This document shows, piece after piece, positions 7,854-16,917 of a DNA stretch of 34,243 nt (position 1 is the stretch's first letter; each line of letters opens with the position of its first letter). Origin of the DNA: a virus (lineage: Duplodnaviria; Caudoviricetes). The translations under genes and the position numbers were made by a program. Below the pieces are notes generated by a model that saw nothing but the letters and a program-made list of their open reading frames with translations, did no database searches and was not told the origin of the DNA. The stretch is taken from positions 1-34,243 of the IMG/VR virus record IMGVR_UViG_3300030493_000010; one strand, written 5' to 3'.

Positions 7854-8160
7854 TAACCCTGAAGCATTAAAGAGAATCCAAAATTTAGAGGTTGGTGTTC
7901 TGATCTCTGAATCTGGTAAATGCACTGAAGAAGAATTCAAACCTGCCAATGGAAAAGTCTTTACTCTAAACGAATTACAAACTGCTGTTAGAGGACACAT
8001 TGAAATATATCCTCATGAATCTGATCTAACAGGTAAGGTAGTAATCGTCAATGAAGAAGGGCTCCATTTACAAATGAGACCTAACATGCTCGCAGCCATC
8101 AAGTATGACATTGACGCAGTAGGACCAGTCATCATTATTCCAAGGAATCAAATCGAATGA
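7834..8160 (+). CDS. DUF3846-like protein
   Basis: TLNELQTAVRGHIE...IVNEEG...PN..A...VGPVII. Confidence 0.7.
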   Translation: MNKLNFNNPEALKRIQNLEVGVLISESGKCTEEEFKPANGKVFTLNELQTAVRGHIEIYPHESDLTGKVVIVNEEGLHLQMRPNMLAAIKYDIDAVGPVIIIPRNQIE

Positions 8161-8579
8161 CAGCATATTTAATCCCTGTAGACAAAATTACGTCAATGAA
8201 ATTATTTAGGTTAGGGATTAAGAAACTATCTATCAGTGCAGATATCAAAGTACCATCCATAGCATACATCTATGAAACAAAGAAATCGGTCAAATTAAGT
8301 CGAGACAATACAAAGGTTAATAATTACACTAGAAACACATTCAAACAGTTTAAAACCGATTTAACGAGTTTTAAAACTGTATCCATCAATGGTTTAGGCT
8401 TAATTGTGGGAAAAATATTCATTACTCAAAAATATAAAAACGGCACATATAGAGTAGAAGGATTTGCAGATACATTCAACTACGTAGATCCTCGATACAT
8501 CAAAGTGCCTCTCAAATTCATTCAATTGAAGGATGAGCATATAAAAAATATCAATCATCATGCATCAATACCATTTTAG
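8157..8579 (+). CDS. Hypothetical protein, degenerate ASCH-like
   Basis: GIKKLSI..AYIYETK..GLIVGKI loosely parallels the ASCH gene at 17440. Confidence 0.45.
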   Translation: MTAYLIPVDKITSMKLFRLGIKKLSISADIKVPSIAYIYETKKSVKLSRDNTKVNNYTRNTFKQFKTDLTSFKTVSINGLGLIVGKIFITQKYKNGTYRVEGFADTFNYVDPRYIKVPLKFIQLKDEHIKNINHHASIPF

Positions 8580-8587
8580 GAGGGACC

Positions 8588-9250
8588 ATGAGACGAGTTA
8601 AGAAGTACGGGGGTCAAAAGGAAACATGGCCTATAAAGGACCCCAAACAGTTAGAGTCCTTCATGCTTCACTTATTGAAACAAAAGGAACTAGCCAAAAC
8701 ACCTGTTAAGAAGTACCAGGCTGACCGTAACTGGATGTTGTGTCTCATTGGATTCAACACCGCGTTTAGAGCCGAAGATTTGCTGCAATTAAGAGTCATG
8801 GATCTAATTAATGGTTATGTGTCCATCATTGAAAATAAAACCGGTAAAGCACAAAACTTTAAGATGAATAAAGAGCTGCACAATGACATTTTAGAGTACA
8901 TAAAGCGTAACGATTTATCGCAGTTTGATTACATGTTTCTCGGTCAAAAGACCAGTCAAGATGGCAAAGAATACGCTTTACCTATAACAAGACAACAAGC
9001 TTACTACATCGTCAAGGATGTATCCAAAGCGATTGGTATTGGATTCATATTTGGTGTTCATAGCCTTAGAAAAACATTCGGGTATATGTTCGTCAAAAAC
9101 GGCGGTTCATGGCAAACATTAACAAAGATGTACAACCATGACGACATCGAAGTCACACAACGTTACGTCATGTGGGATATTGAGGATGCACAAAAAGAAA
9201 GAGCAGCCATTTTCATAGGCGCTCCACACAAGAAAAAGAAGGGTAAATAA
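8588..9250 (+). CDS. Tyrosine recombinase, catalytic domain only (220 aa)
   Basis: Catalytic set R (FRAEDL), K (ENKTGK), HSLR, H (YNH), Y (TQRY); SD aggagg. Confidence 0.93.
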   Translation: MRRVKKYGGQKETWPIKDPKQLESFMLHLLKQKELAKTPVKKYQADRNWMLCLIGFNTAFRAEDLLQLRVMDLINGYVSIIENKTGKAQNFKMNKELHNDILEYIKRNDLSQFDYMFLGQKTSQDGKEYALPITRQQAYYIVKDVSKAIGIGFIFGVHSLRKTFGYMFVKNGGSWQTLTKMYNHDDIEVTQRYVMWDIEDAQKERAAIFIGAPHKKKKGK

Positions 9251-9252
9251 CC

Positions 9253-10041
9253 ATGGCAATTCGGAATGTTGATTCAAATTTATGGAGAGATCCTAAGGTC
9301 CAAGGGGACTTTACACCAGAAGATAAATTGTTCTGGATGTACTGCTTAACTAGTCCTTATGGCAACTTATCTGGGGTATATGAGATAAGTTATAAGCAAT
9401 TAAGTGATGATTTAGGCTATAACATTGAGACCATAAAAAACTTAATATATAGGTTTACGACATTGCATCGACTTATTACGTACAATGCCAAAACAATGGA
9501 ACTCTTTATACACAACTGGTACAAGTATAACTGGACTAAATCGCCAAAATTCGAGTCTTCACTAATGAGTTATATCAACAAAATTAAGGACTTAGAATTA
9601 AAAGAATTCATCTTAGATTTGTATAAAAACTACAAAGAAAACGATACGGTATCGATACGGTATCGATACGGTTCTAAACCTGTATCTGTACCTAATACTA
9701 TACCTAATATATTTAATTATGAAGATGGTATTAAAAAGGAAGAAACATTAGAACCACTCAAGAAAACACGAAAACCTAGAACAACAAAACCATTTGTTCC
9801 ACCAACTCTAGAAGAAGTTACTAAGTATGCTGCAGAACGTGGGAATAAAGTTAATCCAAAAGAGTTCTATGATTTCTTCAGTGTGGGTAAATGGATTGAT
9901 TCACTAGGTATACCTGTACATAATTGGAAACAAAAAATGATTACTTGGGAAATGAATAGAAAGGATAAGGAACAACCTCATGTCATTGAATCCGGAACTA
10001 AAGAAGCTTACATCCCTAGACGAGATCGAGGATCTACTTAA
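9253..10041 (+). CDS. Phage replication initiator protein
   Basis: LWRDPKV..FTPEDKLFWMYCLT..GVYEIS N-terminus; FVPPTLEEV..F.DF...W...NWK C-terminus; internal iterons; upstream of a DnaI-like gene. Confidence 0.88.
   Translation: MAIRNVDSNLWRDPKVQGDFTPEDKLFWMYCLTSPYGNLSGVYEISYKQLSDDLGYNIETIKNLIYRFTTLHRLITYNAKTMELFIHNWYKYNWTKSPKFESSLMSYINKIKDLELKEFILDLYKNYKENDTVSIRYRYGSKPVSVPNTIPNIFNYEDGIKKEETLEPLKKTRKPRTTKPFVPPTLEEVTKYAAERGNKVNPKEFYDFFSVGKWIDSLGIPVHNWKQKMITWEMNRKDKEQPHVIESGTKEAYIPRRDRGST
9642..9720. repeat. Putative replication origin: 11-bp iterons plus AT-rich tract
   Basis: cgatacggtat x2 plus cgatacggt (9642-9672), containing gtatcgatac palindromes; then tacctaata x2 and an AT-rich run. 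Confidence 0.75.
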
Positions 10042-10822
10042 GTTTATGAGTACATCAGAGCTTTCGAGTCTTGAAATTGGAGATTCAAAAGAAAAGGCTC
10101 TGATGGTCTATCAAGTCTTTCGAGATTATAAAAAAAGTTCGTTCCCTGGTTATCAGTTAACGATCAACACCGAACCTTACTGGCAATTGGTTTACAAACC
10201 CACCGTTGAACAGAACATTAAGAGTCAACGTCAAAAGTTATTTTCCATCAAAGGTGAAGACTCAAGAGATTTCACCGCATCCCTCAAGAATTTCCATCAA
10301 GACAACCCTAGACGCAAAGAAGCGTATAAACTTGCTCTTCAAGTAGTAAACACGGCTAAAGCGAATTTAAAGGCATCAGATAAAGACAAGAAGTTCAATC
10401 TAGGGTTATACATCCATTCGAAGGATTATCAAATTGGCAAAACGTTCTTAGCCAACGCAATTACCAATGAACTTGCGGACATTGGTATTGGTGGGGTGTT
10501 CGTATTCGCACCATCACTTGCCTCACAAGCGAAGAATTTCGCGAACCTTGAAAACATCATGAGGGATTTACGGGATGCTCCAGTGTTGGTCATTGATGAT
10601 ATAGGTGCTGAATATAGATCAGAATGGTTCCGCATCGAAGTATTGATGCCAGTGCTTCAAAGCAGACTTACAAATAACAAACTAACCATCATGACGTCTA
10701 ACTATTCAACTAGAGCACTTGAAGAATTGTATTCAAAAAATAACAATCCTGTAGATTCGAAAAGATTAATTAGCCGCATTCTGGAACTCTGTCAAGAAAT
10801 TGAACTGTCAGATCCTAGATAG
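9980..10822 (+). CDS. dnaI: DnaI/DnaC-like helicase loader ATPase
   Basis: GLYIH....IGKTFLANAI.NEL, VLVIDDIGAE, WFR.EVL..VLQSR, TIMTSNYS, RLISRI. Confidence 0.88.
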   Translation: MSLNPELKKLTSLDEIEDLLKFMSTSELSSLEIGDSKEKALMVYQVFRDYKKSSFPGYQLTINTEPYWQLVYKPTVEQNIKSQRQKLFSIKGEDSRDFTASLKNFHQDNPRRKEAYKLALQVVNTAKANLKASDKDKKFNLGLYIHSKDYQIGKTFLANAITNELADIGIGGVFVFAPSLASQAKNFANLENIMRDLRDAPVLVIDDIGAEYRSEWFRIEVLMPVLQSRLTNNKLTIMTSNYSTRALEELYSKNNNPVDSKRLISRILELCQEIELSDPR

Positions 10823-10823
10823 T

Positions 10824-10991
10824 ATGACAAGAATTAAGTTGAATACTAAACGAATTGAAAAACTAAGGGAACAAGGTTATACGATTCGCTTGATAGCAAT
10901 CAAACTTCGAGTATCACAAGATACCATCAAGAGAAGACTAAAAGAGCTTAAGGTGACTGAACAAAATGAAAAAAATAACCGCCCCTTTTAG
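10824..10991 (+). CDS. Small HTH DNA-binding protein
   Basis: LREQGYTIRLIAIKLRVSQDTIKRRLKE. Confidence 0.75.
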   Translation: MTRIKLNTKRIEKLREQGYTIRLIAIKLRVSQDTIKRRLKELKVTEQNEKNNRPF

Positions 10992-12426
10992 GTGGGCAGG
11001 CAGTAAAGCAAAACTCACATCAGCACTATTTGAGCACTTCAAATACACTGACGTTTACATAGAACCATTCCTAGGATCTGCAGTTGTACTATTCAGATTG
11101 ATTCAAGATGGCAAATACAAGCACTACATTGTGAATGATATCAACATTGGCATCTATTCATTCTATCGGACGCTGCAGATGGTACCAGAACACGCGATTA
11201 AAATTCTCAATGAAACATGCGACTGGTACAACTCCATGTCCATGGCCGAAAAGGAACTTAATTATTACAAGACAAGGAAGCAATACAACATCGATAAGAT
11301 GACATTCAATGACTATGATTTGAAGCATGCAAACCGTTATTGGATAAGATTCTGGTTTCTCATGAAGGCGGGTTTCAATGGTCTATATCGTGAGAATTCA
11401 AAAGGTGAATTCAACGTACCATGGGGAAAGAAAGAAAAAATATCCTTCGATAAACAACAAATCTGGGATATTCACTTCTTACTCAAGAATGTTCAGCTTT
11501 ACTGTATGGATTACAAACTATTCATTGAAATGACTGCGCTACGCTTTCGTAATGATCCAAAGTTCATTTACAACGACCCACCCTATTGCAACTCGCAAAA
11601 ATACACGAAGGATAACTTTGATAACAGCGAGTTGGCACAGTATCTCAAGAATCTAAAGATTGATGCTGCCATATCTGATATTGACAGCATCCAATCAAAT
11701 GAAACATACAAAGACTTTTTCAAAGTAGTTATCCAAAACACAAAGCGTGTCATAAACATTGCTTGTGTTCATGAAGTAAAAGAAGTGCTTTACATCAACT
11801 ACATGTACCAAAAACAGAAAGCCATTAAACATCAAGGAGGATTGATACAAATGGATAAAAAATATGAAGCTAAAGCGATTGAAGTAATCAAGCAATATTT
11901 ATTGACCAAGACTGAAACGGATTCTCAACTAAAGACTGCCATTGACACCATGGAAGACAATAAGAAGAGTTATCAAAGCATGTGGGATTATATCTTCTTT
12001 AAAGCCAAAAAAGAATTAGGTGGTACCAACGGTGCATTACCGGACGATGTAATCTACGGTTGGGCAATCCACTATTTCATTGAGACAAACGAAGTTATCA
12101 ATGAAGAATTTGGTAAGAAGGAAATCCCAGTTAAGCCAGTTACCAACACTGATGACATCGAAGATGCTGAAGAGTGCAGCGATGAAGAATGTGAAACTGA
12201 AAAGCCAGAAAAACCAAAGAAAGCAAAAGTTGTTAAACCGGTCGTTGAAAAACCAATTAAGACTAAAGTTGAAAAGCCTGTCAAAAAATCAAAAGAAAAA
12301 GTAGTTAAAGCACCTGAACCAGTAATCGATCAAAAGAAGAAGCTTGAAGAAATTCAAAACAAGAAATTTAACGCAAGGGAGAATGATTTAAGTGTTGGAC
12401 TCTTCGCTCTTGATTTCGAAGATTAG
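10966..12426 (+). CDS. dam: Dam-like (D12 class) DNA adenine methyltransferase fused in frame to a PcfK-like domain
   Basis: RWAGSK, EPFLGS, NDIN, FNGLYREN.KG.FNVPWG, NDPPY, EVLYINY; then, after SD+ATG 11851, YI..KAKK..GALPDDVIYGWAIHYF (PcfK-like). Confidence 0.85.
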   Translation: MKKITAPFRWAGSKAKLTSALFEHFKYTDVYIEPFLGSAVVLFRLIQDGKYKHYIVNDINIGIYSFYRTLQMVPEHAIKILNETCDWYNSMSMAEKELNYYKTRKQYNIDKMTFNDYDLKHANRYWIRFWFLMKAGFNGLYRENSKGEFNVPWGKKEKISFDKQQIWDIHFLLKNVQLYCMDYKLFIEMTALRFRNDPKFIYNDPPYCNSQKYTKDNFDNSELAQYLKNLKIDAAISDIDSIQSNETYKDFFKVVIQNTKRVINIACVHEVKEVLYINYMYQKQKAIKHQGGLIQMDKKYEAKAIEVIKQYLLTKTETDSQLKTAIDTMEDNKKSYQSMWDYIFFKAKKELGGTNGALPDDVIYGWAIHYFIETNEVINEEFGKKEIPVKPVTNTDDIEDAEECSDEECETEKPEKPKKAKVVKPVVEKPIKTKVEKPVKKSKEKVVKAPEPVIDQKKKLEEIQNKKFNARENDLSVGLFALDFED

Positions 12427-14011
12427 AAGCATCTTCATAAATTTAAACAACGATCAATTAACTGATTTTGAAGATTACTATAAAGAAAATCCAAAACACT
12501 TTTATTCACATAAAAAAGACTTCATGGATATTACTGACAAACCAGATGCGTTGATGAAGTACTTAAATGAAAACTACATTAAGCGAAAGGAACAACCTAC
12601 CAAAGGTTATTATCACTGGTATTTTTATGATAGTATTCTGCACACATATGATTTCAAAAATGAAAATCCAAAACTAGGTATCGTGACAATTGAAAATAGG
12701 GATTGGATAAGACTTGTATCCGGCAATTCAATTGTTTTATTTGCTACCGATAATAACGAGATGCATCATTATAGGGCAGTTGATTTTAAAAACACTGGGG
12801 TAACGTTGTATGTCAGGTCTTCAACTGGATACGGTGAATATTCATATCCTAAACCTGACTCACAAGCTGTGACACCTCATCCAGATGATGTCAATCTGAT
12901 TAAGCAGTTTCCAGAATATAAGTACATTGATTTTTCAATATTCAAAATGCTCAATTGGTATCACATGATTGAAAACAGGTTTAACAAACAGTATCTTTGG
13001 CAAGTTGAAATGCTCATCAAGGGTGGCTTCCATCGATTGGCTGATGAGGTACACAGAACAAGTACCTTAATGGACTTTAAGGTCTTCAGTAAATATCAAG
13101 ACTTTTTCAAAAAAACAAAGAATGGTCTAGATAACTGGAATCGAATTATGAAGTGTAGAAAAATTGGCTTAGAAGATCCTGAATTCATATACCTGGATGG
13201 CGGGTTATGGATAACTAACGACTATCATCATGAAATGAACTGGTTAAAACTATTAGAGAAACATCCAGAGATCAAAAGGGATAGATTCTTAAAGTACATA
13301 AGCAGACGCAAGAGCAAAAACACAATTTTTCCTAAACACCCATTTATTAAAGTTTATTACGTGTATTTGCTCATTATGGAAAAATACAAGTTAAACTTGG
13401 CCAAGGATAAGTACTGTTTTCCAGAAAACCTAGAGAATGCCATGGTCGATGTATTTAACACAATCAATCCATATGATTTGAAAATGGAACTTGTAACTAA
13501 AATGTTCAATTCATGGCAAGCAACATTACCGTTAGAGGAACAACATAATCAATACATAATCGAGCAAGATCGATTAACAAAACTACTGAATAAACAAAGA
13601 CGTCAACGAAGACAAATTGAAGCAAGACAAGAAAAGGCTGCCAAAGAAAGAGCAAAGAAAGCTGAACAAGGATTAGCAATACTATTCGATTTCAATAAGA
13701 ATCTTCATGTTCAAATCGATGATACATATGTGCTAGTAGCACCTACCAGTAAAGAAGATTTACTCATCGAAGGAAAAACATTGAACCATTGTGTTTATTC
13801 GTACATCAACCGGATGGGCTTACTTGAAACAACCATTTTGTTTTTAAGAAAAATAGGTTATGAAGACTCTCCGTACTATACAGTCGAAATCAAGAATGGT
13901 CAAATCACCCAATGTAGAAGTACAAACAATCAAGATCCAGCCAACATTGCGAACTATGTAAAAGATTGGTTCGAGGGTGTTAAGGATAGCATCCAGGTAC
14001 AACCATCATGA
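12392..14011 (+). CDS. PcfJ domain-containing protein
   Basis: C-terminal P.S..DL..EG..LNHCV.SY..ILFLRK...PYYTVE...I.Q.R..NN; follows PcfK. Confidence 0.85.
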   Translation: MLDSSLLISKIRSIFINLNNDQLTDFEDYYKENPKHFYSHKKDFMDITDKPDALMKYLNENYIKRKEQPTKGYYHWYFYDSILHTYDFKNENPKLGIVTIENRDWIRLVSGNSIVLFATDNNEMHHYRAVDFKNTGVTLYVRSSTGYGEYSYPKPDSQAVTPHPDDVNLIKQFPEYKYIDFSIFKMLNWYHMIENRFNKQYLWQVEMLIKGGFHRLADEVHRTSTLMDFKVFSKYQDFFKKTKNGLDNWNRIMKCRKIGLEDPEFIYLDGGLWITNDYHHEMNWLKLLEKHPEIKRDRFLKYISRRKSKNTIFPKHPFIKVYYVYLLIMEKYKLNLAKDKYCFPENLENAMVDVFNTINPYDLKMELVTKMFNSWQATLPLEEQHNQYIIEQDRLTKLLNKQRRQRRQIEARQEKAAKERAKKAEQGLAILFDFNKNLHVQIDDTYVLVAPTSKEDLLIEGKTLNHCVYSYINRMGLLETTILFLRKIGYEDSPYYTVEIKNGQITQCRSTNNQDPANIANYVKDWFEGVKDSIQVQPS

Positions 14012-14476
14012 TTGATTCAAACAAAACAGTCTTAGATGTTTGTTGTGGATCTAAAATGTTTTGGTTCAACAAGAATCGTGATGATGTCATTTATATGGAC
14101 ATCAGAAGAGAAGAGACCATCTTGTGTGATGGTAGGAAATTAGAGATTCAACCTGACATCTTAGGTGACTTTAGAGATATCCCTTTTGAAGATAACTCAT
14201 TTCACTTAGTGATATTTGATCCACCGCATCTAGTTCGCTTGGGGGAAAGCAGCTGGATGGCCAAGAAGTATGGGAAACTTCGTGGGGGGGGGGTATAAGG
14301 ATGACCTTAAAAAAGGGTTCTCTGAATGCTTCCGTGTTCTCAAACCGAATGGCACATTAATTTTCAAGTGGAACGAGGAGCAAATCAAACTAGCTGAAAT
14401 ACTAGAACTTGCTCCTTGTGAGCCACTCATAGGTAACAAGAGGGATAAAACCCATTGGTTGGTGTTTATGAAATAA
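14008..14476 (+). pseudogene. Small SAM-dependent amino-methyltransferase, frameshifted at a G10 tract (155 aa if G9)
   Basis: VLDVCCGSKMFWF, FDPPH, KKYGKL in 14008-14298; DDLKKGFSECFRVLKPNGTLIFKWNE..THWLVFMK in 14270-14476. Confidence 0.88.
14284..14293. repeat. G10 homopolymer tract
   Basis: cgt GGGGGGGGGG tataag; the longest G/C run I noticed in the window. Confidence 0.95.
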
Positions 14477-14486
14477 GGGGGTTCAT

Positions 14487-15470
14487 ATGGATTCAAAACG
14501 AAAAGAAGAAATAACGGCCATTTATGATCGTTTGTACACTCTTCTTCACAAAAAAAAGATTGACAGAAAAGTTGTTAAGAGACTTTTATATGATGACAAA
14601 GAAACTCACAAAAGGTTAGGGATTTCTGAATCAACTCTAAATACTATGTGGGATAGACTTTGTAGAGGAAGTCAAAATCCACCAAGGATTGACGGTATCG
14701 TGATAATCAAAGACACACCATTTGAAGTGATTAAACTAGAAAAAAGTAAAAAGCCAAAACAAGCTAAAAAAGGGGGCGAAAAAATGGCTAAAGTAATTAT
14801 TCAATACGATCCAACGACCAACCATGAAGTAAAACGATTTAAGAGTGCAATCATATGCGCAGAAGAAACAGGACTCAATGTATCTTACATCAGACGTGTA
14901 GCTGAGGGAGATGTTAAGAGTCCTAAGATTTACTTACGTTATGAAGATTCTTCCGAACAAAAAGCCGAAATTTCCGAACAAAAAGCCGAAATTTCCGAAC
15001 AAAAACCAAAAAGAAAGTACACAAAGAAAGTCACTATCGCTACTGTAGTGTCTAAGGACCAAGAATTAGAAGTGGCTAAAAAGATTGAAGAAGTTACAAA
15101 GCCTATTGGTTTTACTGTAGAAGGTAAAGCAGAACTAAAGAATGTGATTGCTGAAGTATTAAAGCCATCAACTGTAAACTCTGAAATAGCTGATGAACTA
15201 CCAGATGGCTATGAAGAATTAAGAGAAACACCCCTAAAAGAGAAATATGAACCAAATCCATTTGAAACTGCTCCTGATCCTGAACAAAGACATATCATGG
15301 CGGAACACAAAATAAGATTTTCTCCTGACTCATCCTTGCTTGATGTTCTTAGAGAAGAATACCTTCGCGAATTAAAAAATCACATTGACAACGAGGTTTT
15401 AAAACTAAAAATCAAAATCGTCGGTGATGAGACAGTTCTAGTTAACAAAGGTATAGAAAAAACCATTTAA
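14487..15470 (+). CDS. Hypothetical protein with internal NUMOD1-like domain (possible second start at 14784)
   Basis: VIIQYD....VKRFKSA..CAEETGL..SYIRRV motif after agggggcg..ATG. Confidence 0.7.
   Translation: MDSKRKEEITAIYDRLYTLLHKKKIDRKVVKRLLYDDKETHKRLGISESTLNTMWDRLCRGSQNPPRIDGIVIIKDTPFEVIKLEKSKKPKQAKKGGEKMAKVIIQYDPTTNHEVKRFKSAIICAEETGLNVSYIRRVAEGDVKSPKIYLRYEDSSEQKAEISEQKAEISEQKPKRKYTKKVTIATVVSKDQELEVAKKIEEVTKPIGFTVEGKAELKNVIAEVLKPSTVNSEIADELPDGYEELRETPLKEKYEPNPFETAPDPEQRHIMAEHKIRFSPDSSLLDVLREEYLRELKNHIDNEVLKLKIKIVGDETVLVNKGIEKTI
14951..15005. repeat. 21-bp in-frame tandem repeat (SEQKAEI) x2.6
   Basis: ttccgaacaaaaagccgaaat x2 plus ttccgaacaaaaa. Confidence 0.92.
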
Positions 15471-15482
15471 CGGAGGTACACC

Positions 15483-15782
15483 ATGGCGTCTCGGTATTAT
15501 AAAGAGCAGTATCTGATATCTATTTATGACGAGACCGAAATGTGTAGAGGTACTTGTGATAATGTAGCTGAATTTGCAGAATTATTCGGACTCAAAAACA
15601 AAACAGCACATAGCCTAATATCGAAACTAACCCATGGGAAGAAAGAATATTTTTCCCATGGGGGAACTCGATTCACAATTCACCTTATACCTCTTGAACT
15701 GAACGATATCATCGAAATAGAAAGGGCTAGTAAAAATGAAATCACAACAAAAATGCAGAGTATGCGGCTGCACACAAAATAG
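15483..15782 (+). CDS. Hypothetical protein, possibly HTH-containing
   Basis: SD ggaggt; NVAEFAELFGL..TAHSLIS. Confidence 0.7.
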   Translation: MASRYYKEQYLISIYDETEMCRGTCDNVAEFAELFGLKNKTAHSLISKLTHGKKEYFSHGGTRFTIHLIPLELNDIIEIERASKNEITTKMQSMRLHTK

Positions 15783-16101
15783 CGCATGTCCTGGAGGATG
15801 TTATTGGGTAGAAGAAGATCTATGTTCTGCTTGTAACATCATAGTTATTAAGAAAATGGTTATGACATACGAATCTGAAGATAGAGTTATAACAAAAAGT
15901 GAAACAGAAGTTATTGCTGAAGAATTAGATAATCTAGATATGGCTGTTGGATATGTTCATGGTATGAATCATGATCGTAATCTTCTAGACTTTAATTCAA
16001 ATGAACCATCTAGTTTCCCAGTAGATGTAGAAATCTATACGATTGAAAAAGCAGGAAAAGAAATTGGAACAATCACCGTTTACGAGGAGGTAAACCCATG
16101 A
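15736..16101 (+). CDS. Phage protein with N-terminal Cys-rich metal-binding motif
   Basis: CRVCGCT..ACPGGCYWV..DLCSAC. Confidence 0.75.
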   Translation: MKSQQKCRVCGCTQNSACPGGCYWVEEDLCSACNIIVIKKMVMTYESEDRVITKSETEVIAEELDNLDMAVGYVHGMNHDRNLLDFNSNEPSSFPVDVEIYTIEKAGKEIGTITVYEEVNP

Positions 16102-16445
16102 AAAACAATTTAATCGCATTATTCGTTACATTATTGGTAATCGTATTATTCGCTTTAGGTGCTTTCGTAATGAAACTCGAAAGACGCGCATTAATGGTTG
16201 ATTCAATTGCAGATTGCTACGAAGAAAATACTCAATGTGGCATCCACAATATCCTCGAAGAAGTTGCATATGAAGACGCTAATCTCGAATGGACTGAGTG
16301 GTACATAGCTGAGAATTATGAGAATCTGATTCAACCAGAAAAAGGACTAGAAATTGTGTCTTATCTAAAATCATTGTCCATGGCCGAGAGAACAAAACTA
16401 TTATCTGAAGGTTACGATCTCTTTGTCCGAAGAAACATGCCATGA
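16098..16445 (+). CDS. Hypothetical protein with N-terminal TM anchor
   Basis: SD gaggagg; LIALFVTLLVIVLFALGAFVM. Confidence 0.75.
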   Translation: MKNNLIALFVTLLVIVLFALGAFVMKLERRALMVDSIADCYEENTQCGIHNILEEVAYEDANLEWTEWYIAENYENLIQPEKGLEIVSYLKSLSMAERTKLLSEGYDLFVRRNMP

Positions 16446-16759
16446 AGATAAAAGTAACCGGATATAACATTTGGGGCGGTCATAAGATTTTCATTCATAA
16501 AAAACTAACTGAAATGGACAGACCAACCCCAGCCATGACTCAAGATCGCAACGGTAAAACAATCTATTCTGAATTAAAAGGTGAACATTTTGATGAACCA
16601 AAAGAAATCACACTAAAGATTGGAATGTATGTCATGTTACTGTTGCAATCAGAAATAATTAGGGATGGTGACCAAGCTTGCGGACATAACCATTATTATG
16701 ATGGAAAATGTTTGAAAAGCGTCTATACTAAAAAGCCTTGTAAGGAGGACCTATCATGA
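16442..16759 (+). CDS. Hypothetical protein
   Basis: ATGA overlaps on both sides. Confidence 0.65.
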   Translation: MKIKVTGYNIWGGHKIFIHKKLTEMDRPTPAMTQDRNGKTIYSELKGEHFDEPKEITLKIGMYVMLLLQSEIIRDGDQACGHNHYYDGKCLKSVYTKKPCKEDLS

Positions 16760-16917
16760 CAAAAACAGAAAAAAACTATTACAAGTACGCAAAGAAACGC
16801 TCTAGAAGAAGAATTAGAGCATTTATCATTGGAGAAAGAAAAGATTTGAAGAAAATCAAAAGTCGTTTATCAAAACATTTGGTTTCGAAGATCAACGAGG
16901 GTTTGAAGAATGAATAA
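16756..16917 (+). CDS. Small basic protein (53 aa), not in the ORF track
   Basis: SD aaggagg; MTKTEKNYYKYAKKRSRRRIRAF...KNE*; fills the gap. Confidence 0.7.
   Translation: MTKTEKNYYKYAKKRSRRRIRAFIIGERKDLKKIKSRLSKHLVSKINEGLKNE

Noticed and set aside
14951-15005. Tandem repeat as a mini-CRISPR array
   Set aside because: No spacers; it is an in-frame coding repeat.
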